A stretch of DNA of 64,000 nt, taken from the NCBI GenBank assembly GCA_043806915.1, contig JAZDGM010000102.1, forward strand, positions 4,476-68,475, written 5' to 3'. The notes under the pieces are model-generated. The model saw only the letters and a program-made list of their open reading frames with translations, made no database searches and was not told the DNA's origin. Positions 21,897-32,400 of the stretch are shown here, piece after piece; the stretch's first letter is position 1; each line of letters opens with the position of its first letter. Made by a program: the position numbers and the translations under genes. Origin of the DNA: Pseudomonadota bacterium. Lineage in GTDB: Bacteria; Desulfobacterota; Desulfarculia; Adiutricales; JAGVGV01.

Positions 21897-22271
21897 ATGC
21901 CGTCAAAAAAAGGCGCCGGCGATTCGGAAAAATTGAACCAAATGGTTGACGAGGCCCGCCGTAAAAAACTGGCCGAGGACTTGTACCGGGAAAAGGCCCT
22001 CAAGCTTTTTCCCTGGGTTTGCGGTCGTTGCGGCCGGGAATTCGCCGGCAAAAAATTACGGGAGTTGACTGTTCACCACAAGGACCATAACCATAATAAC
22101 AATCCTCCCGATGGCGGCAATTGGGAGCTGCTGTGTATCTATTGTCATGATAACGAACATTCCCGCCTGGAAATGGAAAGCGAATATGGGGTGGAGGAAA
22201 CGAAGTCGGAAAAACCCTCCCTTTCCAGCAAACCCTTCGCCGCCTTGGAAAAACTACTGAAAGGCAAGTAA
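21897..22271 (+). CDS. yajD: YajD-like HNH nuclease-family protein
   Basis: ATG 21897 follows GTGGAGGGG. YREKALKLFPWVCGRCGREFAGKKLRELTVHHKDHNHNNNPPDGGNWELLCIYCHDNEHS aligns almost residue for residue with my recollection of E. coli YajD. The upstream 80 codons of ORF 21657..22271 look non-coding. Confidence 0.85.
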   Translation: MPSKKGAGDSEKLNQMVDEARRKKLAEDLYREKALKLFPWVCGRCGREFAGKKLRELTVHHKDHNHNNNPPDGGNWELLCIYCHDNEHSRLEMESEYGVEETKSEKPSLSSKPFAALEKLLKGK

Positions 22272-22336
22272 CTGGTCCGCTTTCAAGGGGCTTGCCGGGA
22301 CGACGCCGGGGCTCGACGCCTTTCCGGTCGGGGATA

Positions 22337-22678
22337 TTAGCTTAATTGTCCCAATCCCAGGGAAGCGATGACCGCCAGGGCAACCCAGAGGATGGTCTTG
22401 ATTATCCCCCAGGCCCGCGCCTCTTCCCGGGACGGTCGAGGCGTTGCGGTCAAGGCGTTTTCCGGGGACGTGTCCCGCGGAAGGAAGAGCGACGCCAGGT
22501 TTCGTCCGATTTTCAGCCTGGAAATCCCGCTTTCCGGGACGCCGGCTGTTTTCGCGGCCGCGGGCCGCGGTCGGACCGAGGCGGGCCGCCTGTCCGGCGC
22601 GGACCACGCCTTGGTCGAACCCCGGCGGCGGAGGGGAAGGGAATCGTTATGGTCGGCAATGAAAACGCTGGTCTTCAT
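22337..22678 (-). CDS. hypothetical small tail-anchored protein (very uncertain)
   Basis: ATG 22678 (MKTSVFIADHNDS..) with GGTGGA upstream. The only structured feature is a C-terminal TM segment, IIKTILWVALAVIASLGLG. The rest is R/P/A-rich, as expected for chance ORFs in GC-rich DNA. Divergent from the MocR gene. Confidence 0.25.
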   Translation of the reverse strand: MKTSVFIADHNDSLPLRRRGSTKAWSAPDRRPASVRPRPAAAKTAGVPESGISRLKIGRNLASLFLPRDTSPENALTATPRPSREEARAWGIIKTILWVALAVIASLGLGQLS

Positions 22679-22837
22679 GGTTCCACCCCGCGGGCATTCC
22701 GGGCCGTTGCACGAGACGTCCGGCTCGGAAAATGAATTGCATCGATTGTTCATGGTCAGCGTGTTAAATAATTATAGGTATATTTTCAATTGGTTATGTT
22801 TAGTGAAAGCGCATTGTCACCTTGAAGCGATTATCTG

Positions 22838-22882
22838 TTGACAAGGTCTGTCTGTCAATGTATTTATTGTCATCATGACAAT
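22838..22882. promoter_or_regulatory. TGTCA/TGACA palindrome cluster overlapping the mocR-like start (candidate operator and leaderless promoter)
   Basis: TTGACA-N9-TGTCAA (22838..22858) and ATTGTCA-TCA-TGACAAT (22866..22882). The second palindrome spans the ATG at 22875. No Shine-Dalgarno sequence upstream of the ATG. Confidence 0.45.
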
Positions 22883-24260
22883 TTGGAAACCCCGCTCATT
22901 GGACCCCGCCCTCCCCAAATACCTGGCCTTGGCCAAGGCGATTTCGGGAGACATCGAGGCCGGCCTCCTGCGCCCCGGGGATCGTTTGCCGCCGCAGCGG
23001 GAGCTGGCCGACTTCCTGGGCGTGACCCTGGGCACGATCACCCGGGGGTACCGCGAAGCCATCGACCACGGCTTCCTGAAGGGCGAGGTGGGGCGGGGGA
23101 CCTACGTGGCCGAGCCGAAAACCGTTCCCACGCCCTTGCGGGTCAGCGCCGATTACCCCGAGGGAGTCATCGATCTGAGCTGCGCCTACCCCCTCTACGG
23201 CTCGGAGCCGGACTTGGCCGCGACCCTGCGAAAACTGTCGGAGCGGGGCGATATTCAAAATTTATTGTACTACCAACCTTCCGAGGGCATGCCGCGCCAC
23301 CGCGCGGCCGGCGCCGGCCTGATGAGGCGGCTGGGGCTGGATGTTTCCCCGGGCGAGATTATCGTGACCGGCGGGTCACAACACGCCCTTAATGTCATTT
23401 TCAGCGCCATCGCCCGTCCGGGAGACGTTATTCTGACGGAAGCCCTGACTTTTCCCAACGTCAAGGCCCTGGCCGCGGTCATGCACCTGAAATTGGAGGG
23501 AGTGGAGATCGATGATCGCGGGTTGATTCCGGAAGCGCTGGCCGCCGCCTGCCGCCAGGACCGGGTCAAGGCCTTGTACTTTATTCCCACGCTGCATAAC
23601 CCGACCACGGCCATTTTACCGGAGAAAAGAAAACGGAAAATCGCGGCCATAGCCCGTGATTTCGACATCGCCCTGATCGAGGACGAAAACTATCGCCTCC
23701 TGGCCCCCGATCCGCCGCCCTTGACGGCCGAATTCGCTCGCGAGCGCACCTTTCTTATCGGCGGGGTCTCCAAGTGCCTGGCCGGCGGCTTGCGAATCGC
23801 CTTTAATGTTTGCCCTCCCGGTTATTTCAAGACGGTGCTGTTGAACGTGGCCTCGACCATGATCATGGCGACCCCCCTGGCGGCGGAGATAGCCTCGACC
23901 TGGATTGAGGACGGGACCCTGGACATTATCATCCAGGGCAAGAGGAAGGAGGCCGCGAGCAGATGCAATTTGGCCCGGGAAATCCTCAAGCCTTTTTCCT
24001 TCATGGCGCATGAAAACGGGTTTTTCGTGTGGTTGCAACTTCCGGACCCATGGCGAAGCGGCCGCTTCATCCAGGAATGCTTTCGTCGCGGACTGGTGTT
24101 GCCCCCCACGGAGTCCTTCGCCCCCGGTCCGAGACCGATCCCCAACGCGGTTCGTATATCCAGCAGCGCGGCGCCAAATCCGGCGGCTTGGGAAAAGGCC
24201 TTGCGGACCATGGCGGATATCCTGGCCGGACCGCCTTCAACCGGGTCCTACTTGCTGTAG
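22875..24260 (+). CDS. MocR/GabR-type regulator (GntR wHTH fused to a fold-type I aminotransferase-like domain)
   Basis: YLALAKAISGDIEAGLLRPGDRLPPQRELADFLGVTLGTITRGYREAIDHGFL.. HTH, followed by an aminotransferase-like domain of about 360 aa with ..GGVSKCLAGGLRIAF (PLP lysine context). Confidence 0.85.
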   Translation: MTIWKPRSLDPALPKYLALAKAISGDIEAGLLRPGDRLPPQRELADFLGVTLGTITRGYREAIDHGFLKGEVGRGTYVAEPKTVPTPLRVSADYPEGVIDLSCAYPLYGSEPDLAATLRKLSERGDIQNLLYYQPSEGMPRHRAAGAGLMRRLGLDVSPGEIIVTGGSQHALNVIFSAIARPGDVILTEALTFPNVKALAAVMHLKLEGVEIDDRGLIPEALAAACRQDRVKALYFIPTLHNPTTAILPEKRKRKIAAIARDFDIALIEDENYRLLAPDPPPLTAEFARERTFLIGGVSKCLAGGLRIAFNVCPPGYFKTVLLNVASTMIMATPLAAEIASTWIEDGTLDIIIQGKRKEAASRCNLAREILKPFSFMAHENGFFVWLQLPDPWRSGRFIQECFRRGLVLPPTESFAPGPRPIPNAVRISSSAAPNPAAWEKALRTMADILAGPPSTGSYLL

Positions 24261-24391
24261 TGGGCAGGCGTTGGTCGCGTTGGCGTCGAGAAAAAGAACG
24301 GTCAATTTTTCCGGGGGTGGGCAAAATAATTTATTTTTGATATAGGAAAGCCTGGCGAGGCAGCCGTTTTTCACGCAAAAGACGTCATGTC

Positions 24392-27136
24392 GTGAATGAA
24401 CCGTCTGTTTCCAACCTTAATTTTCCTCAGCCCGGGCATGTTTTTTTTGAGGGCTTTTTGAACGAAAAATCGTTTTCGCAATTATTATTGGACCCGAGGG
24501 GTGATTTCATCCTGGTCGCCGGCCCGGACGAGCCTGGGGCGCCCAGCGTATTCCTGGACGCGGGCGACTTGGTTTGCGCGCGGTTGGGATACGCCCTGGA
24601 GGAATTGCTCGCCCTTTCCCCGGCCCAAATATTCGACCGCCCCGGACTGGAAAGATTGGAAAAAACCGGACCCCGGGACATCACGCGCTTTGAAACGGCC
24701 TTAAGGTCCCGTTCGGGAAAAATGGTCCCGGTGATAATTCGAAGCCGGTTGTGGCGGGGATGGGAGCGGCCGGTGGTGGTCGCGGTCGTTGGCGAAAACG
24801 GCGGACGGGAGGTTCCCGGGAACGTCGGCGACGACAACTATTCCCTGCTTCGGGCGGTCATGGAAGAAATCACGGAAGCGGCGGCCGTCATTGACATCCG
24901 GGGCGCCATCCGTTTTTCCAACCGCCAGGCCGCCCGCGACTTTGGCCGCCGGGGCCGCGAGCCGGCGGCGGGCGGGAATATCCGTGATTATTGGCCCCCT
25001 GATCAAGCTAATTCCTTAATTGATGATATCAAGGGGGTGATTGAATCCAACCAGCCCAGGGAAAGGGAAGTCGAAATCAGGTTTCACGGCCGGGAGCGCC
25101 GGACGCTCAGGCGTCTTGTTCCCGCGCGGCGCGGTCCCGGGAAAACCCCCGCGGTCATCTACATTTCGCGGGACATAACCGCGCAACGGGAGGCCGAAAG
25201 CGCCTTGCGGCGAAAGTCGGAAGAACAGGGCCTGCTGTTGGAGGCCTTGGAAACCAAGGTCTGTTTTTTTATCGACGAGGAGACCCAGGGGGTGGTGAAT
25301 TCTTCCTATCTCCGCTTCCTGGGCGCTCCCCGGGAAAAGGTCGAATTCAAAAAATTGTCCGAATTCCTTCCTCCGGACGCGGCGGAAAGTTGCCGGCGGA
25401 TCAATCGGGAAGTGTTTGAAGCCGGGACCGCCATCCAGGCCGCGGAATGGTTTCACTTTCCCGGCGAGGAGCCCCGGCTTTTGTCCATTACCAGGACGCC
25501 CAAGCTTGACGGCGCCGGCCGGGTTGAGTTCATGGTTTGCACCGGCCGGGATATCACCGCCAGGCGGTGGATGGAGGAAAGGGGAATAAAGGCGGGGGAA
25601 AACAACCGCATGGCCGCCGATTCAATTCCCGGCTGGGATTACTGGATCGGCCCCGCGGGCGATTTCCTTTTTGTATCTCCTTCGTGCCTGGATATAACCG
25701 GTTATGCCCCGCATGAGTTCATGGCCGATCCGGGGCTCATGGATTCACTTATCCATCCCGAGGACCGGGACTCGTTCCAAGCGTTCAAAAATGCGGCGGC
25801 TTGCGGTCCCGCGCGTGATACGAAAACGAACGAATTTGAATTTCGGCTCGTCAGGCGGGATGGCGCCGCGCGGTGGTTGAGCCAGTTCCGCGCCGAAGTC
25901 GTCGACTGGCGGGGGCAATTGCTCGGAACCAGGGTGGACAACCGGGACGTGACGGAGCGCCGGGCCCTGGAAGCTCAATTAATGCACGCGCAGAAAATGG
26001 AATCCGTGGGCCGGCTGGCCGGCGGGGTGGCGCACGATTTCAACAACATGCTGCAGGCCATACTGGGGTTCACCCAATTATGCCTGGCGGAACCGAATGT
26101 TTCCGCGCCAATCCTGGAGAAGCTTGGGCAGATTAAGCTGGCCGCGGAGCGTTCGGCCAACCTAACCCGACAGCTCTTGACCTTCGCCCGCAAGCAGTCC
26201 GCGCGCCCGGTGGTCCTGCATCTAAATGACGTGGTTTCTTCCCTGAAGGGGATATTGACTCGCCTGGTCAGGGAGGACATCACCCTCCATTGGGAGCCGG
26301 GAGAGGGCCTTTGGCCCGTGGAGATCGACCCCGCCCAGATCGATCAGGTCCTGGCCAACCTGGTGGTCAACGCCCGGGACGCCATTCAGGGCGTCGGGGA
26401 GGTCTTCATCCAGACTTCCAATGTTTCGTTGAGCCGGTGGGAGCCCGCGTCGCCGGTCCTGATTCCTCCCGGGGAGTACGTCCAGCTAGAGGTTCGCGAC
26501 ACCGGCCTGGGGGTTGACCGGGAAACATTGAGCCGGATATTCGAGCCGTTTTTCACCACCAAGGATGAAGGCCGGGGCGTGGGGCTCGGCTTGTCCATCG
26601 TCTATGGAATCGTCAAGCAAAATAATGGGTTCATCACCGCGTCCGGCGAGGTCGGCCGCGGAATGACCTTCAGGATTTTCCTGCCTCGGGCGATGGATAT
26701 GGCGGAGGAACCGGAGGGCGCCCGAGCGATCGAAAGCCTTCTTCCCGGAGGAAACGAAACCGTCTTGCTGGTGGAAGACGAGGCCCAGATTCTGGACTTG
26801 GCCGGGATTATCCTGACGCAGTTGGGGTACAAAGTGCTGACCGCCCGTTCCCCCGAGGGCGCCTTGGCCGCGGCGGCCGATTATGGGGAGAAGATTGACC
26901 TTCTTCTCACCGATGTCATCCTGCCGGTTATGAACGGCAGGGAATTGAACGACAGGTTGAACCGGGTCAGGCCCGGCTTGAAATGCCTGTTTATGTCCGG
27001 ACACGCCTCCTCGTTGCTCGTGCGTCGGGAAATTCTGGAGCAAGGGCTGGATTATATCCAAAAACCGTTTACCGTTCAGGAACTGGCGGGCAAGGTTCGC
27101 GAGGCGCTGGACCACGCCCCCGCGCGCCGGGCCTGA
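24392..27136 (+). CDS. multi-PAS hybrid sensor histidine kinase with C-terminal receiver
   Basis: GTG start. Several PAS units (..ISRDITAQREAE.., ..GRDITARRWMEE.., ..NRDVTERRALE..). H-box MESVGRLAGGVAHDFNNML. ATPase EVRDTGLGVDRETLSRIFEPFFTTK..GVGLGLSIVYGIV. Receiver TVLLVEDEAQIL..DLLLTDVILPVMNG. Confidence 0.9.
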   Translation: MNEPSVSNLNFPQPGHVFFEGFLNEKSFSQLLLDPRGDFILVAGPDEPGAPSVFLDAGDLVCARLGYALEELLALSPAQIFDRPGLERLEKTGPRDITRFETALRSRSGKMVPVIIRSRLWRGWERPVVVAVVGENGGREVPGNVGDDNYSLLRAVMEEITEAAAVIDIRGAIRFSNRQAARDFGRRGREPAAGGNIRDYWPPDQANSLIDDIKGVIESNQPREREVEIRFHGRERRTLRRLVPARRGPGKTPAVIYISRDITAQREAESALRRKSEEQGLLLEALETKVCFFIDEETQGVVNSSYLRFLGAPREKVEFKKLSEFLPPDAAESCRRINREVFEAGTAIQAAEWFHFPGEEPRLLSITRTPKLDGAGRVEFMVCTGRDITARRWMEERGIKAGENNRMAADSIPGWDYWIGPAGDFLFVSPSCLDITGYAPHEFMADPGLMDSLIHPEDRDSFQAFKNAAACGPARDTKTNEFEFRLVRRDGAARWLSQFRAEVVDWRGQLLGTRVDNRDVTERRALEAQLMHAQKMESVGRLAGGVAHDFNNMLQAILGFTQLCLAEPNVSAPILEKLGQIKLAAERSANLTRQLLTFARKQSARPVVLHLNDVVSSLKGILTRLVREDITLHWEPGEGLWPVEIDPAQIDQVLANLVVNARDAIQGVGEVFIQTSNVSLSRWEPASPVLIPPGEYVQLEVRDTGLGVDRETLSRIFEPFFTTKDEGRGVGLGLSIVYGIVKQNNGFITASGEVGRGMTFRIFLPRAMDMAEEPEGARAIESLLPGGNETVLLVEDEAQILDLAGIILTQLGYKVLTARSPEGALAAAADYGEKIDLLLTDVILPVMNGRELNDRLNRVRPGLKCLFMSGHASSLLVRREILEQGLDYIQKPFTVQELAGKVREALDHAPARRA

Positions 27137-27161
27137 CCCGGCGGGCGCGTCGAGGCTTGTT

Positions 27162-29093
27162 TTATTTTTTTCTTTTCAAGAATAGCAGGGTGATGTCGTC
27201 GAACTGACGCCAGTCCTGGAATTCCTGGAGAGTGGAGACGGCCGTTTTTCCTAAAACCTTCAGGTCCAGGTCGCGGTTTTCCGCCAGCATGTTTTTGAAT
27301 CGTTCCTCGCCGAACATGTCTCCCGCTTCGGTTTGGGCTTCCGTGGCCCCGTCGGTGTAGAGAACCATTGTTTCCTTGCGGTCCACGCGGTCCCGGCCGA
27401 GTCGATACGGCAAATCCGGAAGATAACCCAGGGCCGTCCCCAGGCGGCCGCCGAACTCCCGGGTTTCTCCGTCCGGATGAACGATCACGGCCGGGTTGTG
27501 TCCGCCGTTGGCGAAAACCAACTCGCCGGTGGAAATTTCGTAATAAGCCAGAAAAACGGTTACAAACATGGAGGCGTCGTTTCCTTGGCAGAGGAGGTTG
27601 TTCACCTCGGACAGGACCCGGTCCGGCGGCTTGCCCTGGTTGGCGATGGTCTTGATGAGGGTGCGACTGATCATCATGAACAAGGCGGCGGGCACGCCTT
27701 TTCCGGAGACGTCGGCCATGACCAGGGCTAGGTGATCGTCGTCGATCAGAAAAAAATCGTAGAAATCGCCTCCGACTTCCCGAGCCGGCTCCATGACGGC
27801 GAAGAGCTCGAAGTCCTCGAGCGTGGGGAAGGGCGGGAAGATGCAGGGCAGCATGCTTTTTTGGATTTGCGAGGCGATGTTCAGCTCGCTTTCGATTCTT
27901 TCCTTGATGGCGGTGGTCCGCGTCAGGTCCAGGATGTATTGCTTGAGGTCCTTGGCCATGCGGTCAAAGGATTCGGCCAGCCGCCCGACTTCGTCGCCCC
28001 TGATGAGTTGGGAAAGGTCGACGTCCAGATCGCCGCCGGCGGCCCTCCCGGCGGCCTGGGCCATCAGGCGAAGAGGCCGGGTTATGGAGCGGGAAATCAG
28101 GAGGATCACCAGGAAAAGCATGACCAGCCCCACCGAGGCCAGGACCAGCAGTTTTTTGTTGAGCTGATGGAGGTCGGTCAACAGGTTTTTTTCCGAAAAC
28201 AAGACGGCCAGGGACCACCCCGTGGAGGGGATGCGGGTGTAGGCCAGGTAAACCGGCCCGGCGCCGAAAAAGGTGTTCAACCGAACCACGCCTGATTCGC
28301 CGCGCATCATTTTGCGGGCCAAGGATACTAAGGTGGGGTCCCGGCTCTGTTCGGCGAGTTCCGGCAGGGAGGTCTTCATGATCTGGCTGTTGTCGGGATG
28401 GGAGACGATGGCGCCTTTTTGGGAAATAATAAAGGCGTATCCTTCCGGGCCGACCTTAACGGCGGAGATCAGGTCCGAGAGCCACGTCAGGGAGATATCG
28501 GCGGTGACGACGCCCCGGACCGGCCTCGGCCCGGTATTTGCCTGGGTTTTGTAGAAGGGAACGGAGTAGGTGCACATCAGGGTTTCGCCGCCGCCCTCGT
28601 CGTAATAAGGTTCCGACCACACGGGACGCCTGTCCCGAACCGGGATTTTATACCAGTCCCACTTGAAGTAATTGTAATCGGCGCGGCCCAGTTGGGAGTA
28701 TTCAATTCCGAGGGGCGATTTGTAATAATAAGGGGAAAAGGCTCGATATTCGGGGCGGAAGCCGAAGGGTTCGAAGGCGACGGTCGAGCCGTAGACTTCT
28801 TGGTTGACGGCCACGAATTCCCGGATAAGGTCGAGAAGCTCGTCCTGGTCCGGCGAGTCGATCTCGATCATGACGGCCAGGTTTTCGGGGACCTTGGCCG
28901 CGGCTCGAAATTCCTGCTCAATGCGATTAGCCAGGGAAGCGGACAGGTGCCCGGCGTCCCTATTGGCGTTTTCGATAATTACCCGTCGCAGATCGAGGTA
29001 GGATTTGCTTTGTATCAAGGCGAAAACCAACATGACTCCGCCCAGGACCAGGACCGTCATTTTAAAGGCGAGGCTTGTTTTGAATCCCGGCAT
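27162..29093 (-). CDS. Cache-HAMP-PP2C (SpoIIE/RsbU-type) sensor phosphatase
   Basis: ORF 27162..29138; ATG 29093 (MPGFKTSLAFKMTVLVLGGVMLVF, TM). Periplasmic Cache-like region (..YGSTVAFEP..AFSPYYY..WDWYKIP..PVWSEPYYDEGGG..MCTYSVPF). HAMP (ITRPLRLMAQAAGRAAGGDLDV..DEVGRLAESFDRMAKDL). PP2C (IASQIQKSMLP..REVGGDFYDFF..LVMADVSGKGVPAALFM). Confidence 0.9.
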   Translation of the reverse strand: MPGFKTSLAFKMTVLVLGGVMLVFALIQSKSYLDLRRVIIENANRDAGHLSASLANRIEQEFRAAAKVPENLAVMIEIDSPDQDELLDLIREFVAVNQEVYGSTVAFEPFGFRPEYRAFSPYYYKSPLGIEYSQLGRADYNYFKWDWYKIPVRDRRPVWSEPYYDEGGGETLMCTYSVPFYKTQANTGPRPVRGVVTADISLTWLSDLISAVKVGPEGYAFIISQKGAIVSHPDNSQIMKTSLPELAEQSRDPTLVSLARKMMRGESGVVRLNTFFGAGPVYLAYTRIPSTGWSLAVLFSEKNLLTDLHQLNKKLLVLASVGLVMLFLVILLISRSITRPLRLMAQAAGRAAGGDLDVDLSQLIRGDEVGRLAESFDRMAKDLKQYILDLTRTTAIKERIESELNIASQIQKSMLPCIFPPFPTLEDFELFAVMEPAREVGGDFYDFFLIDDDHLALVMADVSGKGVPAALFMMISRTLIKTIANQGKPPDRVLSEVNNLLCQGNDASMFVTVFLAYYEISTGELVFANGGHNPAVIVHPDGETREFGGRLGTALGYLPDLPYRLGRDRVDRKETMVLYTDGATEAQTEAGDMFGEERFKNMLAENRDLDLKVLGKTAVSTLQEFQDWRQFDDITLLFLKRKK

Positions 29094-29140
29094 TGGTTGC
29101 GTCCCCGGAGTGTGGAAGTGTATTATCGAGCCGTGCAAAG

Positions 29141-29172
29141 CATTGAAGCTCCCCGCGGCAAGCTACGGGGAA
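29141..29172. repeat. short intergenic repeat, family 3 (CCCCGCGGCAAGCTACGG core; partner at 54034..54063)
   Basis: CATTGAAGCTCCCCGCGGCAAGCTACGGGGAA versus CAATGAACTACCCCGCGGCAAGCTACGGTGTA. There is an 18-nt identical core, and this copy forms a CCCCG..CGGGG hairpin. Confidence 0.6.
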
Positions 29173-29469
29173 TGCGCTCGCTTGCATGTTCAAGGTATTA
29201 AATCTTACTCTTAATTCATCCGCCCGGGCAAGGGTTAAAATGGGGGTCTTCAGAAGCGTTCGGCCTTTCCGGTCCCCGGGCCACGCCGGTTTCGCTCCGC
29301 CGCGGCCGCGTCGAGGCCTTGACTCTCGGCCCAGGCGCTAGCCGCGGCCCGGGACCGGCGAATTCCCTGTTTTTGTTTTTTGGGGTTTCCCCGGATCGGG
29401 GATGGGATTATAATCCTTTCCCGAAAGGTCGCGACCGCGCGGTCGGGCCTTGTTTTTTTAGGAAAAAAC

Positions 29470-32400
29470 ATGGACGAGACGATAAGATATAGCGGCGACG
29501 CCGCGGTTCTTATTCCCCCGTCAAGGGGGAGGACCTGCTTTTGCGGCCTGAATTCCTCGGCCGCGGCTTTCGTCGTGGCCGAGATGCTCCGGCGGCGGCC
29601 GGAAGCCTTCTTGATTTACCTGCCGACTCCCCTGGAGGCCGAGGATTTCGTCCGCGACCTCGAATTCTTCTGGCCCGAAGGCGCCTCGTCCGGCGCGGTG
29701 ATGCCCTGCCCCGCCTACGAGATAAAACCGTTCGCGGGCGAATCCCCCTCCCCGGACCTGGTTTTCGCCCGGCTCGCGGCCTTGTCGGCCCTCATGAACG
29801 GCCGCAAACCCTTGGCGGTCGTGGTCTCCGCTCCCGGCGCCATGCAACTGTCCCTACCCAAAAAGGCCTTGTCCGACCACACGGAATATCTCGAATCCGG
29901 CCAGGAGGTCGATCGGGACGCCCTGTTGGGCAACCTGGCCCGCATGGGGTATTACTCCACCGCCATGGTGCAGTCCCAGGGGGATTTTTCCGTTCGCGGC
30001 GGCATACTGGACTTTTATCCGCCCGGGGCGTCCCGACCCGTGCGGGCCGAGTTTTTTGGGGATACGGTCGAGTCCCTGAGGTCGTTCCGGACCTTGGATC
30101 AGCGCTCCCAAGAGGACCTGGTCGAACAGATCATTCTGCCCGCCAGCGAGATAATCTATCGTCCCGGGACGGAAGCCGAGGCGGCCGGTGGAATGGAGGA
30201 ACTCTGCCGCGGCCAGGGCTGGCTGGATTTGTTGTGGGCGCCCCTGGTGGAAAAAATCGCCTCCGGTCAATTCTTCCCCGGCGTGGACTCCTTTTTGCCC
30301 CTTTTTTACGACCAATTGGCTTCGGTCCGGGATTACGCCGGCCCCGGAGTGATCCACCTGTTTTTTGAACCGGATCGCGTGGTCGAGGCCGGCCTGGCTT
30401 TTCACGACAGGCTCAACAGCCACATGGATAAAATACTGGCCGAGGAGCGGCCTCATCTTCCCCTCGCGCGCCTCTTCCTTGACCCCTTGAGCCTGCGCGC
30501 GGTTCCGGCGGGTTCCCCGGTCATTGAAATTCAGGAATTGGCGTTCGACGGCGAAGCGGAAAAGACCGTTCATTTTCCCGTGGAAACCCATCGGGATATT
30601 CAGGCCATGATTGGCGGGGCCCGTGGTGGGGACGGGCTCCTGGCCCCGCTGGCCGCCCGGATCAAGACCTGGATGAGCCGGGACTTGAATGTGACCCTGG
30701 CCTGTCACACCCGGGAACAAGCCCGCCGCATGGCCGAGCTCCTCGAGGATTACCAACTGGCGCCGGGCCTCGATTTCGAGAGACGGCTTCCGCCCCTGGA
30801 CGGCAAGCCCCGTCTGACCATTGTGGTCGGTTTTTTATCCTCGGGCTTTTGCCTGGCCCCCTCCGGCCGGGTGTTCGTCACCGAGGACGAGCTTTTCGGG
30901 CCCAAGCGGCGGGTGATCCGGCGGGCGGTCGAGGAAGTCAAGGGCATCCATCTTTCCAGTTTCCAGGATTTATCGGTGGGCGATTTCGTGGTCCATGTCG
31001 ATCATGGCGTGGGCCAGTACCTGGGGCTCGTGACCTTGCAAGCCGGAGGAAAGTCCAACGATTATCTTCATTTGTCCTACAAGGGAGGGGACAAGCTTTA
31101 CGTCCCGGTCGATCGCTTTGGAGCGGTCGGCAAATACATAGGGTCGGACGACCGCCCCCCGGCCTTGGACAAGCTCGGGGGAACGTCTTGGGAGCGGGTC
31201 AAGGCCAGGATCAAGGAATCCATCAGGGAAATGGCCGAGGAACTCCTGAAACTTTACGCGGCCCGACAGGTCAAGAAGGGCTTCACCTTTTCCGGTCGGG
31301 ACAGTCTGCTCCGGGAGTTCGAGGCGTCGTTCGAGTACGAGGAAACCCCGGACCAACAGGCCGCCATCGATGAAGTTCTCAAGGACATGCTGTCGGACAA
31401 GCCCATGGACCGCCTGGTCTGCGGCGATGTCGGCTACGGCAAGACCGAGGTGGCCCTTCGCGCCGCGTTCCGGGCGGTCGGGGACGGGAAGCAGGCCGCC
31501 GTTCTCGTTCCGACCACCATCCTGGCCGAGCAGCACTATCAGACCTTTTTCAATCGCCTGAAAAATTACCCCATCGAAGTCGAAGTCTTGTCCCGGTTTA
31601 AAAAGCCGTCCCAACAGAAGGAAATCCTGGCCAGGCTGGCCGAGGGGCGGGTGGATGTGATCGTCGGCACGCACCGTCTCTTGCAGAAGGACGTGGCCTT
31701 TCGCGACCTGGGGTTGCTGGTCATAGACGAGGAACATCGTTTCGGCGTGGCGGCCAAGGAAAAAATCAAGAAAATGCGGACCGAGGTGGATGTGCTGACC
31801 TTGAGCGCCACGCCCATTCCCCGGACCCTGCACATGTCCCTGTCCGGCATCAGGGACTTGTCCGTGATTGAAACCCCTCCCCAGGACCGGCGGTCCATCA
31901 AGACCCACCTGCTCAAATACGACGAGGCGACCATCTGCGAAGCCATAGCCGCGGAATTGGACCGCGGCGGGCAAGTGTTTTTCGTCCATAATCGGGTCAA
32001 GGATATTGAAATGCTGGCCGGACGGATCAGGAAGCTGATGCCCCTGGTGCGTTTCGGGGTGGCGCACGGACAGATGAAGGAACGGGAGCTGGAAGCGGTC
32101 ATGCTCGGCTTTTTGCGGCGGGAAATAGACGTGCTCGTGACCACCACCATTATTGAATCCGGTCTCGACTTTCCTTCCGCCAACACTATTATCATCAATA
32201 ACGCCGACAGGTTCGGACTGGCCCAGATTTATCAGCTTCGGGGGCGGGTGGGACGGTCCACGGCCCAGGCCTTCGCCTATCTTCTGGTGGCTGGACCGGA
32301 AAACCTGACCCGGGACGCCCGGAAGCGTCTCCGGGCCTTGCTGGACTTCTCCGAACTGGGCGCCGGGTTTAAGATCGCCCTGCACGATCTGCAGATTAGA

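Noticed and set aside
22346-22841. Plus-strand ORFs 22346..22735, 22368..22841 and 22444..22662 in the yajD-mocR spacer.
   Set aside because: They overlap one another and have R/G/P-rich translations without starts backed by an SD. They are no more convincing than the minus-strand candidate, which is itself listed only at low confidence.
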